A stretch of DNA of 64,000 nucleotides from Bacteroidota bacterium (GCA_021156365.1 JAJNDK010000004.1:255137-319136), one strand, 5' to 3'; shown: positions 9,780 through 20,376, counted from the first letter of the stretch. Numbers and translations: made by a program. The notes: generated from the sequence alone by a model not told the origin.

Positions 9780-12263
9780 TTACTTCCAGCTCTTACCTTT
9801 AGCCACAGCTTCCGCCGTCCAGGGGTCATCGGGCCAGGCATGTTTGGGATAACGACGCTGCAATTCTTTTTTCACTTCGTGGTAGAGGTTGTTCCAGAAA
9901 CTTTTCAGATCGGTGGTTACCTGCACAGGTTTGTACCCCGGAGAGAGCAAATGCATCACTACTTTTATTTTTCCATTATTGACGGTGGGTGTATCACTTA
10001 ACCCGAACACTTCCTGCAACCTTACCGAAAGTACAGGGGTAGCACCGTTTGCAAAATAAGTGATCGGGATCTTCGAACCGCTTGGTACTTCCAGTTTTGC
10101 CGGCGCCAGTGTATTCAACTGATTTTGTTTTTCCCAGTCGAGCGAATGGAACAAGGCTTCTCCGAGATCAATACGTTTCAGGTCATCTGCTTTTTTTACC
10201 GTACGCAGATAAGGTCCCAGCCAGTCACGGGTGTTTTTCATCAGGCTCTCCGTGCTCACATCCGGCCAGTTTTCATCACTGTTCCATGCCCGCAGACTTA
10301 AGATCCGGTATTGCAATTGTTTTACCTTGTCATCAAAATCCAGCAGATTTTCTCCTTCTTTCTCCAGGGCTTTGCAAATAGCCTGGATCACTAACTCTTC
10401 ATCGGGTGTGGCCAGTGGCTTCGATTGCAGAACGATACTGCCGATCTTCAATTCTTTGCTTGCGATCAAACCTCCTTTTCGTGTATCCCATAGAATAACC
10501 GATTGCTCTTTCACCATAGAGATGAGGTCTGTAGGATTTAAAGGAGCCGCAAGGAATATTTTTCCGAGCCCTTCTCTCAGGTCCATATTGGCAACTGCCA
10601 GCCAGGCTTCGTGTGCAAGGTCATCTTTGTGGCCGGCTGCTACGATCTTTCCGTTGGCTAACTGGAACTGTGCATTATTCCCCGGTTTGGCAGAAGCAAT
10701 TCGCTCCGGATAGGCATAGGCCAGCAGTAGTCCTGTACTGTATGCATCATAAGCGCTGTTGTCTGCTTCGAGGTCCAGCAACCTGCGATAGGATGCTGCA
10801 TTTTTTTCGATGCGTGAAAATTTGTTACCGGTACTTTTATTTCCTCTCGATCTCCGTAAGGCTTCAATGCGCAGGTTGATATCGATACCAGTGTCGCGCG
10901 GCAGAGGGTCTCTTTCTTCGAGCACAGCTGCAATGTCGGTGGCGAGCTGCTTCATTTTCACATCTTCTGCCATCAGCAGCATGTGTGCAATACGCGGATG
11001 ACAGGCCAGCTGATGGATCTGTTTTCCGTGTTCGCTGATGCGCCCATTCTCCAGTGCATTGATCTGGTGAAGGGTTTCGGAAGCCTGGCTTAGTGAATTG
11101 GCAGGAGGTGGAGTAAGCCAGGTGAGCTGCGAAATATCACTCACACCCCATTTGGCCATATCCAGCATCAGGGAGGAAAGGTCCGCTTCCATAATTTCGG
11201 GAATGCGGTGTTCGGCCAAACGTCCATGTGTTGCCAGTGTCCAGATGCGGTAACAAACACCTTTGCTCAATCGCCCTGCACGCCCGGCCCGTTGATCGGC
11301 TGCATCTTTGGAGATCCGCTGGGTTTCCAGTTTCGACAAACCGGATTTAATATCGAATTTAGAGCTACGGCCAAAACCACAATCTACAACGATCTTCACA
11401 CCTTCTATTGTTAAGCTGGTTTCGGCAATGGAAGTGGCTAGTACAATTTTTCGCTTACCAAATTTATTCGGAACAATAGCAAGAAATTGTTCATGCTGCG
11501 GGAGCATACCATACAAAGGATGAATGCAAAAATCCGGGAGGGCTCCGCTCAGGATGTCTTCACATTTTTTTATTTCCGCTTCACCGGGCAGGAACACCAA
11601 TACATCACCGGGATTTTCTACAACTGCTTTGCAAACAACACGTGCGGTTAATTCTGGCAGGAGCGTTTCATCCGCTTCGCCGCTGTATATTATTTCAACA
11701 GGATATTGCCTGCCCTTGCTTTCAATGACAGGAGCATTCAATAAAGATTTGAGCTGCGGCATATTTAAAGTGGCCGACATGATCAGGATCCGCAGGTCCG
11801 GTCTCAGTACCTGCTGGGCTTCCCTGCAAAGAGCCAGTGCGAGGTCGGCATGTAGGCTGCGTTCGTGGAATTCATCAAAGATAACGAGCGCTACATTTTC
11901 CAGTGCATTGTCCTGGTGAAGCATGCGGGTGAGGATCCCTTCGGTAACGACTTCTATCTTTGTGTTAGTGCTTATACGGCTTTCGAAACGGATCCGGTAA
12001 CCGATCGTTTGTCCTACTGCTTCGCCAAGCAGATCTGCCATCCGCGCTGCAATTGTTTTGGCAGCGAGGCGGCGCGGTTCCAGCATGATGATCTTTTTGC
12101 CTTTCAACCAGTTCTCTTCAAATAAAGCAAGCGGGAGCAAGGTACTCTTCCCTGCACCCGGTGGGGCATTCACAATAAGCGTGTTGGATGCAGCAAGCTG
12201 TTCCCGTACTTCCGGAATGATCTCGGTAACCGGTAATTCTATTTGAAAAGGATCGAAACGCAC
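9780..12263 (-). CDS. hrpB: ATP-dependent RNA helicase HrpB (DEAH box)
   Basis: Walker A GAGKST, DEFHER (DEAH) motif, HA2/OB and HrpB C-terminal regions; 827 aa. Confidence 0.9.
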   Translation of the reverse strand: MRFDPFQIELPVTEIIPEVREQLAASNTLIVNAPPGAGKSTLLPLALFEENWLKGKKIIMLEPRRLAAKTIAARMADLLGEAVGQTIGYRIRFESRISTNTKIEVVTEGILTRMLHQDNALENVALVIFDEFHERSLHADLALALCREAQQVLRPDLRILIMSATLNMPQLKSLLNAPVIESKGRQYPVEIIYSGEADETLLPELTARVVCKAVVENPGDVLVFLPGEAEIKKCEDILSGALPDFCIHPLYGMLPQHEQFLAIVPNKFGKRKIVLATSIAETSLTIEGVKIVVDCGFGRSSKFDIKSGLSKLETQRISKDAADQRAGRAGRLSKGVCYRIWTLATHGRLAEHRIPEIMEADLSSLMLDMAKWGVSDISQLTWLTPPPANSLSQASETLHQINALENGRISEHGKQIHQLACHPRIAHMLLMAEDVKMKQLATDIAAVLEERDPLPRDTGIDINLRIEALRRSRGNKSTGNKFSRIEKNAASYRRLLDLEADNSAYDAYSTGLLLAYAYPERIASAKPGNNAQFQLANGKIVAAGHKDDLAHEAWLAVANMDLREGLGKIFLAAPLNPTDLISMVKEQSVILWDTRKGGLIASKELKIGSIVLQSKPLATPDEELVIQAICKALEKEGENLLDFDDKVKQLQYRILSLRAWNSDENWPDVSTESLMKNTRDWLGPYLRTVKKADDLKRIDLGEALFHSLDWEKQNQLNTLAPAKLEVPSGSKIPITYFANGATPVLSVRLQEVFGLSDTPTVNNGKIKVVMHLLSPGYKPVQVTTDLKSFWNNLYHEVKKELQRRYPKHAWPDDPWTAEAVAKGKSWK

Positions 12264-12296
12264 TGGTGAAAATTAGTTCCCCAAAGGTACCAAAAC

Positions 12297-12851
12297 TTAT
12301 TTCAATGCATAGGTCAGCAATACGTTTCCGGATGTAAAAGTCCGTGTACTTTTCAGTTCCATGCCTGTGCGGTCACTGATCCCTTCGAATAAGGTGTGTC
12401 CGGAGCCAAGGAATACAGGACTGACAATGACCCGGTACTCATCGATCAGCCGGTGTTCCATGCAGGTAAGCGCCAGATTGGGGCTTCCGAAGATCACCAT
12501 GTATTCGCCCCGTTCTTCTTTCAGCTTCAGGATCTCAGCGGCGGCATTTTCTTTAATGAGCTGTGTATGGTGCCAGTCCGCGTGTTTCATTGTTCGCGAA
12601 AAAACGAATTTTTGCAGAGAATTCATTTTTCCGGCTACAATCGGATCATTTTTCAAAGCTTCTGCTGTGGGCCACCATGCCACCATAACCTCATATGTTT
12701 TCCGTCCGAACAAAAGTATGTCGCTGTTGTTGAGCAGATCGACAGCATAGTCATTGAACTCTTCATCTACAGTGTGCCAGTCGATCTGCCCGGATGGACC
12801 TTCGAAATATCCATCCAGGCTGATCATTATCTGGAAAATAAGTTTTCTCAT
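12297..12851 (-). CDS. dihydrofolate reductase-like (RibD C-terminal domain) protein
   Basis: MISLDGYFEGP...LLFGRKTYE pattern typical of the RibD_C/DHFR-like family. Confidence 0.7.
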   Translation of the reverse strand: MRKLIFQIMISLDGYFEGPSGQIDWHTVDEEFNDYAVDLLNNSDILLFGRKTYEVMVAWWPTAEALKNDPIVAGKMNSLQKFVFSRTMKHADWHHTQLIKENAAAEILKLKEERGEYMVIFGSPNLALTCMEHRLIDEYRVIVSPVFLGSGHTLFEGISDRTGMELKSTRTFTSGNVLLTYALK

Positions 12852-12855
12852 ACAC

Positions 12856-13335
12856 TTAATTTGTTACAGAGGGCAGCACGGTTTTTTCTAACAGGTCGAA
12901 CATGAGCAGCCAGCTTTGATAAGCTCCGGTACGTTTGGCCACTTCCACATCGGCAGTCTGGTGCAAATGCATGGTGGTTTTTCCATCCTTCCCGGTAAAG
13001 GTGATGCTGACAGTTGTTTCCATTGGCCATTCAGGATCTTTGCCTACAGGAGAATCGGCCACTGCATTCCCAGTCTCGTCGGAAAAGCCAATTGTAAAAA
13101 CGATCTTTTGGTTCACAACGATCTCCTTGTAGACACCTTTGCACCAGCAATCGCCCATAGGTGTGGAAACACAGTGATGGAATGCGCCGCCTTCACGAAA
13201 GTCGACGGTGCAGAAAGAAAGATCGCAACCAGGTGGCGCATACCACTGTTTCAACATATCGGCCTTGCTCCAAGCTGCAAATACGAGTTCAGGCGGAGCG
13301 TTGAGTATGCGGGTTATATTTATTTCGTTGTTCAT
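12856..13335 (-). CDS. SRPBCC (AHSA1/Aha1-like) domain protein
   Basis: N-terminal motif ITRILNAPPELVFAAWSKADMLKQWYAP; paralog of the next three genes. Confidence 0.75.
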   Translation of the reverse strand: MNNEINITRILNAPPELVFAAWSKADMLKQWYAPPGCDLSFCTVDFREGGAFHHCVSTPMGDCWCKGVYKEIVVNQKIVFTIGFSDETGNAVADSPVGKDPEWPMETTVSITFTGKDGKTTMHLHQTADVEVAKRTGAYQSWLLMFDLLEKTVLPSVTN

Positions 13336-13356
13336 ACTTTGACGAATAGTTGTGTT

Positions 13357-13851
13357 TTATTTTCCTGCTAATACTTCATCCAGATTGTTGTGCGCCATCG
13401 CAAATCCTTCTTTGAAGCCCATCTCTACAATGGTTTCCAGGTCTTTCACCGACTCAAAAGTAAGTTTAATTTCCAGCTTCGTACCTTTGTCAGTAGAAAT
13501 GAACTGTGTAACCCAGTGCATGTTCGGGAGCTCTTTGCTTTTAGTTCCCTGCGCGTCTGTAAAGAAGTCGCGACCTTCAATCGTTTTGTCTTTGTCGATA
13601 CGAACGAATTCAAAACCTGCCCAGTGTTTTTCTCCATTCGGTCCCACCATGGCATAGGCCCATGCTCCGCCTTCACGGAAATCCATTGTTTTGGTCTCCG
13701 CTTTCCAGGGTTTCGGAGCCCACCATTTTTCCAGCACAGCTGCTGTTGTCCAGGCGTTCCACACATCGCTCACCGGCGCGTTGAATTCTCTTGTAACGTT
13801 AATGGTTTTGTTTTCCTTATCAACTACGTAATTTGTTTTTTCAAGTGTCAT
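13357..13851 (-). CDS. SRPBCC (AHSA1-like) domain protein
   Basis: REFNAPVSDVWNAWTTAAVLEKWWAPKPW; tandem paralog. Confidence 0.75.
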   Translation of the reverse strand: MTLEKTNYVVDKENKTINVTREFNAPVSDVWNAWTTAAVLEKWWAPKPWKAETKTMDFREGGAWAYAMVGPNGEKHWAGFEFVRIDKDKTIEGRDFFTDAQGTKSKELPNMHWVTQFISTDKGTKLEIKLTFESVKDLETIVEMGFKEGFAMAHNNLDEVLAGK

Positions 13852-13915
13852 GATTTTATGTTTTTATTGGTTTATAAAATGGATCATCCGATTGATCCGG
13901 ATTTATTATTTATAC

Positions 13916-14428
13916 TTATGTGTTCTTTAAATCAGGTGCGGAAGCTATGAGCTCATCCAGGTTGTCATAGGCCATAGCAGTTCCTTCGGCGAATCCAAGC
14001 TCAATGATCTTTTCGAGGTCAGCTTCCGAATCGAACTCCACCCGGACTTCAACCCTGGTGCCGGTTGCAGTGGGAATAAAATTCGTTGTCCAGTTCATAT
14101 TCGGGAATTCGGCATGACGATTCCCGTTCTCATCACAGAAATAATCACGGGCAGTAAAGCGTTTATTTGGGTCGATATTTTTATAATCGAAGCCTACCCA
14201 GCTCTTTTCTCCCTCGGGGCCCACCATGCAATACAGCCAGCAGCCTCCCTCACGGAAATCCATTTTTTCGGTCTGAGCCTTCCAGGGTTTGGGCGCCCAC
14301 CATTGTTCCAGAGCATCGCTGGTAGTCCACGCTTTCCATACCTCTTCTACAGGAGCTTTGAACTCGCGGATAATGTTGATCGCTTTTTTGTCTTTATTGA
14401 CTTCGTAATTTGTTTTACCTACCATCAT
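13916..14428 (-). CDS. SRPBCC (AHSA1-like) domain protein
   Basis: REFKAPVEEVWKAWTTSDALEQWWAPKPW; about 60 percent identical to the previous gene (tandem duplication). Confidence 0.75.
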   Translation of the reverse strand: MMVGKTNYEVNKDKKAINIIREFKAPVEEVWKAWTTSDALEQWWAPKPWKAQTEKMDFREGGCWLYCMVGPEGEKSWVGFDYKNIDPNKRFTARDYFCDENGNRHAEFPNMNWTTNFIPTATGTRVEVRVEFDSEADLEKIIELGFAEGTAMAYDNLDELIASAPDLKNT

Positions 14429-14439
14429 GTTATATCTGT

Positions 14440-15360
14440 TTAGTTTTTTGTATAATTGATCATCCAGTTGATCCCGAATTTATCCGTAAAAGATCCGAAG
14501 TAAGCGCCCCAGAACATATCCTGCAAAGGCATGGTCACATTTCCGCCCGCACTCAGTTCATCAAAAAGTCGTTTGGTTTCTTCTTTGCTTTCCGGCTCCA
14601 GGTTGATGTGCATATTGTTTCCGTGTTGCATTTGAAAACCCATGCTTTCCGGAGAATCCGTTGCCATCAGTACGTGGCCGCCCAAAATAGTGAGCTCGGC
14701 ATGGATGATAAGCTTTTTGGTGGCTTCATCGAGCGGCGGCATTTCGGCTGGCATTTCAATATCACCAAATCTCCTCAGGCCTACACCGGTAAATTCACCT
14801 TTAAAAACAGCTCTGTAAAAATTAAATGCCTCTTCGGTTTTTCCCGGAAAATTCAGGTAGCTTGTTACTCTTGCCATAGTGCATGTTTTATTTTGTTTGT
14901 ATAATCCGATCCGTGTTTTAAGATAAACATCCAGCTTCTCGATGTTCTGTTTGAGTCCTTCATCTGCTTTGAATGTTTTCACTACCTGGATGAATTGTTC
15001 TTTGGATTCGAACAACATATGCCAGTTCAGCAGCGTTTGATCTCCTTGTTTTTCAAAAAGAATGGTTGCGAGATATTTTGGGGAGATATGTTCGTAAACG
15101 ATTTTTTTGTGCAGGACTACTTCTTTGAATACGCTTTTATTCTTGTAGTCAGTTCCATCAGGCCCGTGCATCACCAGGTCCCATTCGCCTTCGGGTTTCA
15201 CATCCATTTTACTGATCGTGTTTGAAAAACCTGTCGGGCCCCACCAGTTTTTGATGTGTTCCGGATCTGTCCATACTTCCCATACCAATTCGATCGGCGC
15301 ATTGAACAGCCGGTTTAGTTTTAGTTCCCTGTCGGCTGTACTATTTTTTGTGAGTTCCAT
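14440..15360 (-). CDS. SRPBCC domain fused to a VOC/glyoxalase (PhnB-like) domain
   Basis: N-terminal SRPBCC motif (LFNAPIELVWEVWTDPEHIKNWWGP) plus C-terminal VOC-like region (TSYLNFPGKTEEAFNFYRAVF...HAELTILGGHVLMATD...PLQDMFWGAYFGSFTDKFGINW). Confidence 0.7.
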   Translation of the reverse strand: MELTKNSTADRELKLNRLFNAPIELVWEVWTDPEHIKNWWGPTGFSNTISKMDVKPEGEWDLVMHGPDGTDYKNKSVFKEVVLHKKIVYEHISPKYLATILFEKQGDQTLLNWHMLFESKEQFIQVVKTFKADEGLKQNIEKLDVYLKTRIGLYKQNKTCTMARVTSYLNFPGKTEEAFNFYRAVFKGEFTGVGLRRFGDIEMPAEMPPLDEATKKLIIHAELTILGGHVLMATDSPESMGFQMQHGNNMHINLEPESKEETKRLFDELSAGGNVTMPLQDMFWGAYFGSFTDKFGINWMINYTKN

Positions 15361-15685
15361 TTTTTTTGTCTTTTTGAATTTTGGCTAAATATTCTTCCAG
15401 GGCATCCAGCTTGCTCTCCCAGAACCGGCGGTATTGTTCTACCCATTCGGAGACTTCATTCAGCTTGTCCAGCTTTGCTTCGCAATAGCGTTCCCTGCCT
15501 TGCTGATTGATCTCGATGAGTCCGCATTCCGTCAACACTTTTACATGTTTGGATACAGCAGGCCGGCTGATATTAAAATTTTCTGCCACTGCATTCAGTG
15601 TTAAGCTTTGTATAGCGAGCAAACCAAGTATGGCCCGACGGGTAGGATCGGCAATGGCCTGAAATACATCTCTTCTTGTTTCCAT
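15341..15685 (-). CDS. ArsR/SmtB-family transcriptional regulator
   Basis: METRRDVFQAIADPTRRAILGLL...ISRPAVSKHVKVLTECGLI HTH; first gene of the ArsR-SRPBCC operon. Confidence 0.8.
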   Translation of the reverse strand: METRRDVFQAIADPTRRAILGLLAIQSLTLNAVAENFNISRPAVSKHVKVLTECGLIEINQQGRERYCEAKLDKLNEVSEWVEQYRRFWESKLDALEEYLAKIQKDKKNGTHKK

Positions 15686-15832
15686 AATGTGTAACTTAAT
15701 GGTTACAAATATATGTGTAACAATTTGGTTACGCAAAATTTAATTTATTTCAGTCACATAAATAACTGGTAATCAATCAATAAAAAAACATGTTACCGGA
15801 TTTTGTTAGTATAGGAAAGAAACGATCCGGAA

Positions 15833-16774
15833 TTGATGTCTATGCAAATGCGATACCTGTTTATGCTCCTGTACTGTTTACTGATGTTGATTCGATCGAA
15901 TGCACAGGTGTACAATTATGATCCGATCCGGTATACAAATTTTGAGACCAACCCCTCTTATCTTTCATCGGATAAATACAGAAGAACAGCAACATATCTC
16001 CATCAGGGGCACCTTGTTTCTTCCGGAAAATTCTCCTGCGATGAGCTGAAGATCTCCGCATACAGCAGAAGGCTTTTTACCGGGGCGGGCCTTGTGCTGA
16101 ATCATACGGTTGTGAATGACAGTACACAGTATAGCTACATCGGTGCAGGCCTGGCATACCGCACTACTTTATTCGATAAAATAAGAGCAAGAGCCGGGAT
16201 CTTTTATAAGCTCAATAGTATCCGTTCCTCTGCCGGAAGCTTTGAGTATTATGGATTCAGATCTTCTGCCGAAGGAATAAGCAGCGGAAATAAATTACAG
16301 AATGCAAATCTTTCTCTTTCTTTTTCCAGTCCGCGCGACCGGTATTTTTTATCGCTGGCCATGCTGAATGTTTTTTTAGTTAAACAAGCTGTAGCAGACA
16401 AAATCCTTTTCCCTGCTTATTATACCATCAGTATAGGCGACCTCGCGAAAGTATTCGACCGCCAAAACGCAGAGCTGTATTATACCGGTTTTGCAACGCA
16501 GTATGCAGGCCGGAAAAAGATGCTCTTTTCGCATTATATAAACGTGCTTAATGTACTCAACTTTACGCGATACAGTTCAGTACGATACGGTCTTCGCGCA
16601 GGATATGCAGAGGAGAGCTATGCTCATTGCACCCCGGTGCTTTCGTATTATATGCGGACGGAAAAGAAAAACTTCTGGAATTATCAATTGCTATACGACT
16701 TTGCGATCCCTTTGAAAAACAAGCAACGCATATTTAAGCCGAGTTTACAAATAAGTTTAACCTGTATGTTTTAA
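15833..16774 (+). CDS. possible PorP/SprF-family type IX secretion membrane protein
   Basis: signal peptide, then AQVYNYDPIRYTNFETNPSYL resembling the QQDPQFSQY...NPA PorP/SprF N-terminus; about 300 aa beta-rich. Confidence 0.4.
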   Translation: MMSMQMRYLFMLLYCLLMLIRSNAQVYNYDPIRYTNFETNPSYLSSDKYRRTATYLHQGHLVSSGKFSCDELKISAYSRRLFTGAGLVLNHTVVNDSTQYSYIGAGLAYRTTLFDKIRARAGIFYKLNSIRSSAGSFEYYGFRSSAEGISSGNKLQNANLSLSFSSPRDRYFLSLAMLNVFLVKQAVADKILFPAYYTISIGDLAKVFDRQNAELYYTGFATQYAGRKKMLFSHYINVLNVLNFTRYSSVRYGLRAGYAEESYAHCTPVLSYYMRTEKKNFWNYQLLYDFAIPLKNKQRIFKPSLQISLTCMF

Positions 16775-16778
16775 GTAT

Positions 16779-18335
16779 ATGAAAATAATAAATCTGTTGG
16801 TACTGGCACTGCCGGTGTTAGCCTTCGCACAAAAAAAGGAAACGGAAGTTACCGCAAAGATCAAAGAGGTGCTTGTGTATACTTCTTCTGCGGAAGTGTA
16901 TTATGAAAAAAAAATCCTGGTACCGAAAGGGCAAAGTGTGGTCATGTTTACGGAGCTCACCCCGTATATTGCGGAGAACACCGTAAATGTATCGTTGTCC
17001 GATCCCGGTGTAAACATCGTGACCGTAACGGAATTGATCAATTACACAAAGGAAAAAAGAAATTCAAGTGACCAGGTCATTTCGCTGCAGGACAGTATCC
17101 GCCGTATCCGGAAAGAGAGCGGGCTGATCGCTTGCAAGCGGGAGGCAGTGGAGAAGGAAAAGGAATTGCTCTTCAAGGGTGAAGCGATAGGAGGCTTGTC
17201 TACACAAGGTGTCCTGGTAGCAGAGATAGAAAAGGCATCTTCTTTTTTCAGCAAACGGTATTACGAGCTGACGAAAGAACTCTATGAACTGAAAGACAGA
17301 GGGGCAGAGTTGGACGAACGTGAAAAGCGATATCAAAACCAGATCAAAGAACTAACGACCGTGACACAGCAAACCACTTCAGAGATCAAAATCCTGGTAA
17401 AATCTCCTGCTGAGAAGGAAGTAACATTCAATCTGAAATTCCTCACGACAAGGGCAGGCTGGGCCCCCATGTATGATTTTAAATACGAGGGACCGACCGC
17501 GCCTATCGGTTTTGTTTTCAGGGCCAATGTGTTCAATGCAAGCGGCACGAATTGGGAAGATGTGAAGATCCGGCTTTCGACAGCCGATCCGGGTAAAGGA
17601 TTTAAGCTGCCCAGCCTGAATGATAAAGGCGCAGCTGCTGCTTCCGTTTCGGGAGTTGCTTTTAAGCAGGTAGAGATCATCAACGCGATCACCGAATACA
17701 ACATTCAGCATCAGTATACGATCCCGTCGGATGCCAAGCCTTATCTCGTGGAAGTGGATGCCTATGATATGCCGGCCAGCTTTAATTACCTGCTCATTCC
17801 GAAGCTGGATCCTTTCGGGTTCCTGATGGCGAAAGTGCCGGGCTGGAACAGGTACAACCTGATCCCAGGTACCGCCAATATCTATAATTCCGGAATGTAC
17901 ATGGGAAAAACCTTCCTGGATACCTACGCGCAAAACGACACCCTGAGCCTGTTCTTAGGTAAAGACAAACGGATCCAATCGAACAGGAAGGAGAATTCCA
18001 CTATCCGGAAAAATTTCATTGCGGGCAATTATTCTGTGGAGGAAACAGAGATCGAAATGACTGTGAAGAACACGTCAGCTGATATGCTACCGGTAGATAT
18101 CATCGACCAGGTCCCTTATTTTGATAAGGAAGATGATGAAAAAATAAGTATGTATGGATTGACCGGCGCTTTGTACGACAAAACAGATGGTATGATCAGG
18201 TGGAGCTTTAAGATAAAACCCGAAGAAACCATAAGCCTGAAATATAAATACGAGATAAAATCTCCTAAGAACATCGGAGACGGGTACAGAGCTAAAAAGC
18301 GAAAATTCAGAACTATTGCTTGTCCATCGTTTTAA
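16779..18335 (+). CDS. DUF4139/DUF4140-like (MuiA-like) secreted protein
   Basis: signal peptide, N-terminal beta region, central coiled coil, C-terminal beta domain typical of the TIGR02231 family. Confidence 0.4.
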   Translation: MKIINLLVLALPVLAFAQKKETEVTAKIKEVLVYTSSAEVYYEKKILVPKGQSVVMFTELTPYIAENTVNVSLSDPGVNIVTVTELINYTKEKRNSSDQVISLQDSIRRIRKESGLIACKREAVEKEKELLFKGEAIGGLSTQGVLVAEIEKASSFFSKRYYELTKELYELKDRGAELDEREKRYQNQIKELTTVTQQTTSEIKILVKSPAEKEVTFNLKFLTTRAGWAPMYDFKYEGPTAPIGFVFRANVFNASGTNWEDVKIRLSTADPGKGFKLPSLNDKGAAAASVSGVAFKQVEIINAITEYNIQHQYTIPSDAKPYLVEVDAYDMPASFNYLLIPKLDPFGFLMAKVPGWNRYNLIPGTANIYNSGMYMGKTFLDTYAQNDTLSLFLGKDKRIQSNRKENSTIRKNFIAGNYSVEETEIEMTVKNTSADMLPVDIIDQVPYFDKEDDEKISMYGLTGALYDKTDGMIRWSFKIKPEETISLKYKYEIKSPKNIGDGYRAKKRKFRTIACPSF

Positions 18336-18382
18336 GAATGAAAAAAGATTATGTGTATATTTAAAAAGGCATCCGCCTTCCT

Positions 18383-18946
18383 ATGACAACGCTTTTAAAA
18401 GAAATACGAAAAAAGGACAAGAAAGCACTGCAGCTCATTTACGACTGTTATGGGAAAAAACTGTACGGGTATGCCGTGAGCAAATGGAAGCTGGAGGAAG
18501 ACGAAGCCTGGGACGTCATCTACCAAACCCTGTACCGGACGATCGATGTGATCGACAAATATACTTTTGCGGACGAAAAAAAATTTGCTGGATTTATTTT
18601 CACGGTTTTCACCAACAACCTGCGGAACCATTACAACAAGAAAAAGAACACCAATACCCAAACGGTGGAACTATTGGATGGTCATGGCAGTATTGCGCAG
18701 GATCCACCCGCAACGGAAACGGAGACTGACAAGGAATCCATTCATATGCACTGCCTGCAGAAAGGACTGGCAGATATGGACGACTGGAAGCGTATTGTAC
18801 TGTTGATGCGCGCACAGGACCATTCCTATGAGGAAATAGCGAACTACGTAAAAAAACCGGTGGAACAATTGAAAGTATATTACATGCGCCTGAAAAAAAT
18901 ACTGACGGAGAAGATAAATGAATGCCTTAGCAAGAACAGCGAATGA
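18383..18946 (+). CDS. ECF-type RNA polymerase sigma-70 factor
   Basis: region 2 (LQLIYDCYGKKLYGYA) and region 4 HTH (HSYEEIANYVKKPVEQLKVYYMRLKK); 4-nt overlap with the downstream gene. Confidence 0.8.
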   Translation: MTTLLKEIRKKDKKALQLIYDCYGKKLYGYAVSKWKLEEDEAWDVIYQTLYRTIDVIDKYTFADEKKFAGFIFTVFTNNLRNHYNKKKNTNTQTVELLDGHGSIAQDPPATETETDKESIHMHCLQKGLADMDDWKRIVLLMRAQDHSYEEIANYVKKPVEQLKVYYMRLKKILTEKINECLSKNSE

Positions 18947-20376
18947 GAGATAAAGATCCTATAGACGAAAACAAGCTCGACGAATTATTGCGGGCCCATT
19001 CGCTGGACAAAGGTGCGGATGAGTCGCTGGCAGAGGCAGTGCTGTCGCAGGAATACAATGTGCCTGTGAACGCTGCAAAAGAAACGGCCATGCTGAACAA
19101 GCTTGACCAAAACATAAACCGTGGAAATAAGAACTGGCCTTTTATATATGGTGGAATCGTCGTGATCATTGTGGCAGCGCTGGCCATTTATGCCGCCACT
19201 TCCAAACGAATGAAGCCGAACGAAAGTTATGCAATTGCCGAACCGGATAAAGTGACGCAGACTTCAGATAAAAGGGAAGAAGTACAGACGAATACAAACG
19301 ATCAGCAGAAACCTGCAGTAAAAACCGACACATTCGAAAAGACTGTGCGCTTGTATCCTGTGGTATACAAAGATTCTACTCAGCCGGCTGCTCAATCTGT
19401 TATCACACGTACTGTCGTGCCAAAACCAGGCGTGTTGCCTTATTTTAAGCTATCGGATAACTACCTCTATACAAAAATAAAACAGCAGATGCTGGAAAAA
19501 TTATACAATGCCGACAAAGGTTTGTATACGCATGTGGCGGCCAATAAAATGGAGTATGCAGGAAAACCAGCAGTAATAGATGGGTTTACGATCCGCAACG
19601 TAGCGGTAACCAACTTAGAATATAAGACCTTCATGGCTGATCTGCTTGCACGGAACAGGGCAGCAGACTATTTCAAAGTGGAGGTACTTGCCTTGAAATG
19701 GAAGCAAGACGGCTACAGCAAAATGTCCGATATGTATTTCCAGGATCATGCCTACAACGATTTCCCGGTAGTGAATATCAGTGCAGAAGGAGCGCGTCTT
19801 TTTTGCAAATGGATAGAGGAGGAATTGAAACTATATATTCAGACGAACAAATTGAAAAGTAAAAACATAACGATCCGCCTTCCCACCGATAGGGAATGGA
19901 TCCTGGCAGCGCGCGATGGTATAGCAAAGATCTCCTTCGAAACCGGCTACAATACGATCTATGAGCCTCGTGAAGGCTTAGTGGATTTTTCGTTTGTGAA
20001 ACGTATGCACCAGATCCGTAAAAAATCGATGGCTAAAGATACACTGTATCCTTTGTATATAAGCAACCGGTATGGCTGGGAAGAAGAAAGACTGATCGGC
20101 TTCCTGGTGAAGGGCTTTAATGTATACAATGATGCACCAATGGACACGATCTACCCGGATCGGATGAAAGTACGTGGAAAAATAGGACACGTATCTGAAA
20201 TGGTACCGCAGTTTGGTGCTTCACGTGTGTGGCTGAGCGGGCTTACCTGGAAATCGAAAGAGGAATACGATGCTTTTGAATCTGCCTTCAAAACATCCGG
20301 GGTTTCTCCTTTTGTTACGTTCCGTTTTGTGATGATCGATGCGGAAGAACCGGCGTACAAAGCTCCGTTCTGGTAA
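18943..20376 (+). CDS. anti-sigma factor with C-terminal FGE-sulfatase (SUMF1-like) domain
   Basis: translationally coupled to the sigma factor; single transmembrane helix (IYGGIVVIIVAALAIYAA); C-terminal FGE core motifs (FPVVNISAEGARLFCKW...RLPTDREWILAARDG). Confidence 0.6.
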   Translation: MRDKDPIDENKLDELLRAHSLDKGADESLAEAVLSQEYNVPVNAAKETAMLNKLDQNINRGNKNWPFIYGGIVVIIVAALAIYAATSKRMKPNESYAIAEPDKVTQTSDKREEVQTNTNDQQKPAVKTDTFEKTVRLYPVVYKDSTQPAAQSVITRTVVPKPGVLPYFKLSDNYLYTKIKQQMLEKLYNADKGLYTHVAANKMEYAGKPAVIDGFTIRNVAVTNLEYKTFMADLLARNRAADYFKVEVLALKWKQDGYSKMSDMYFQDHAYNDFPVVNISAEGARLFCKWIEEELKLYIQTNKLKSKNITIRLPTDREWILAARDGIAKISFETGYNTIYEPREGLVDFSFVKRMHQIRKKSMAKDTLYPLYISNRYGWEEERLIGFLVKGFNVYNDAPMDTIYPDRMKVRGKIGHVSEMVPQFGASRVWLSGLTWKSKEEYDAFESAFKTSGVSPFVTFRFVMIDAEEPAYKAPFW

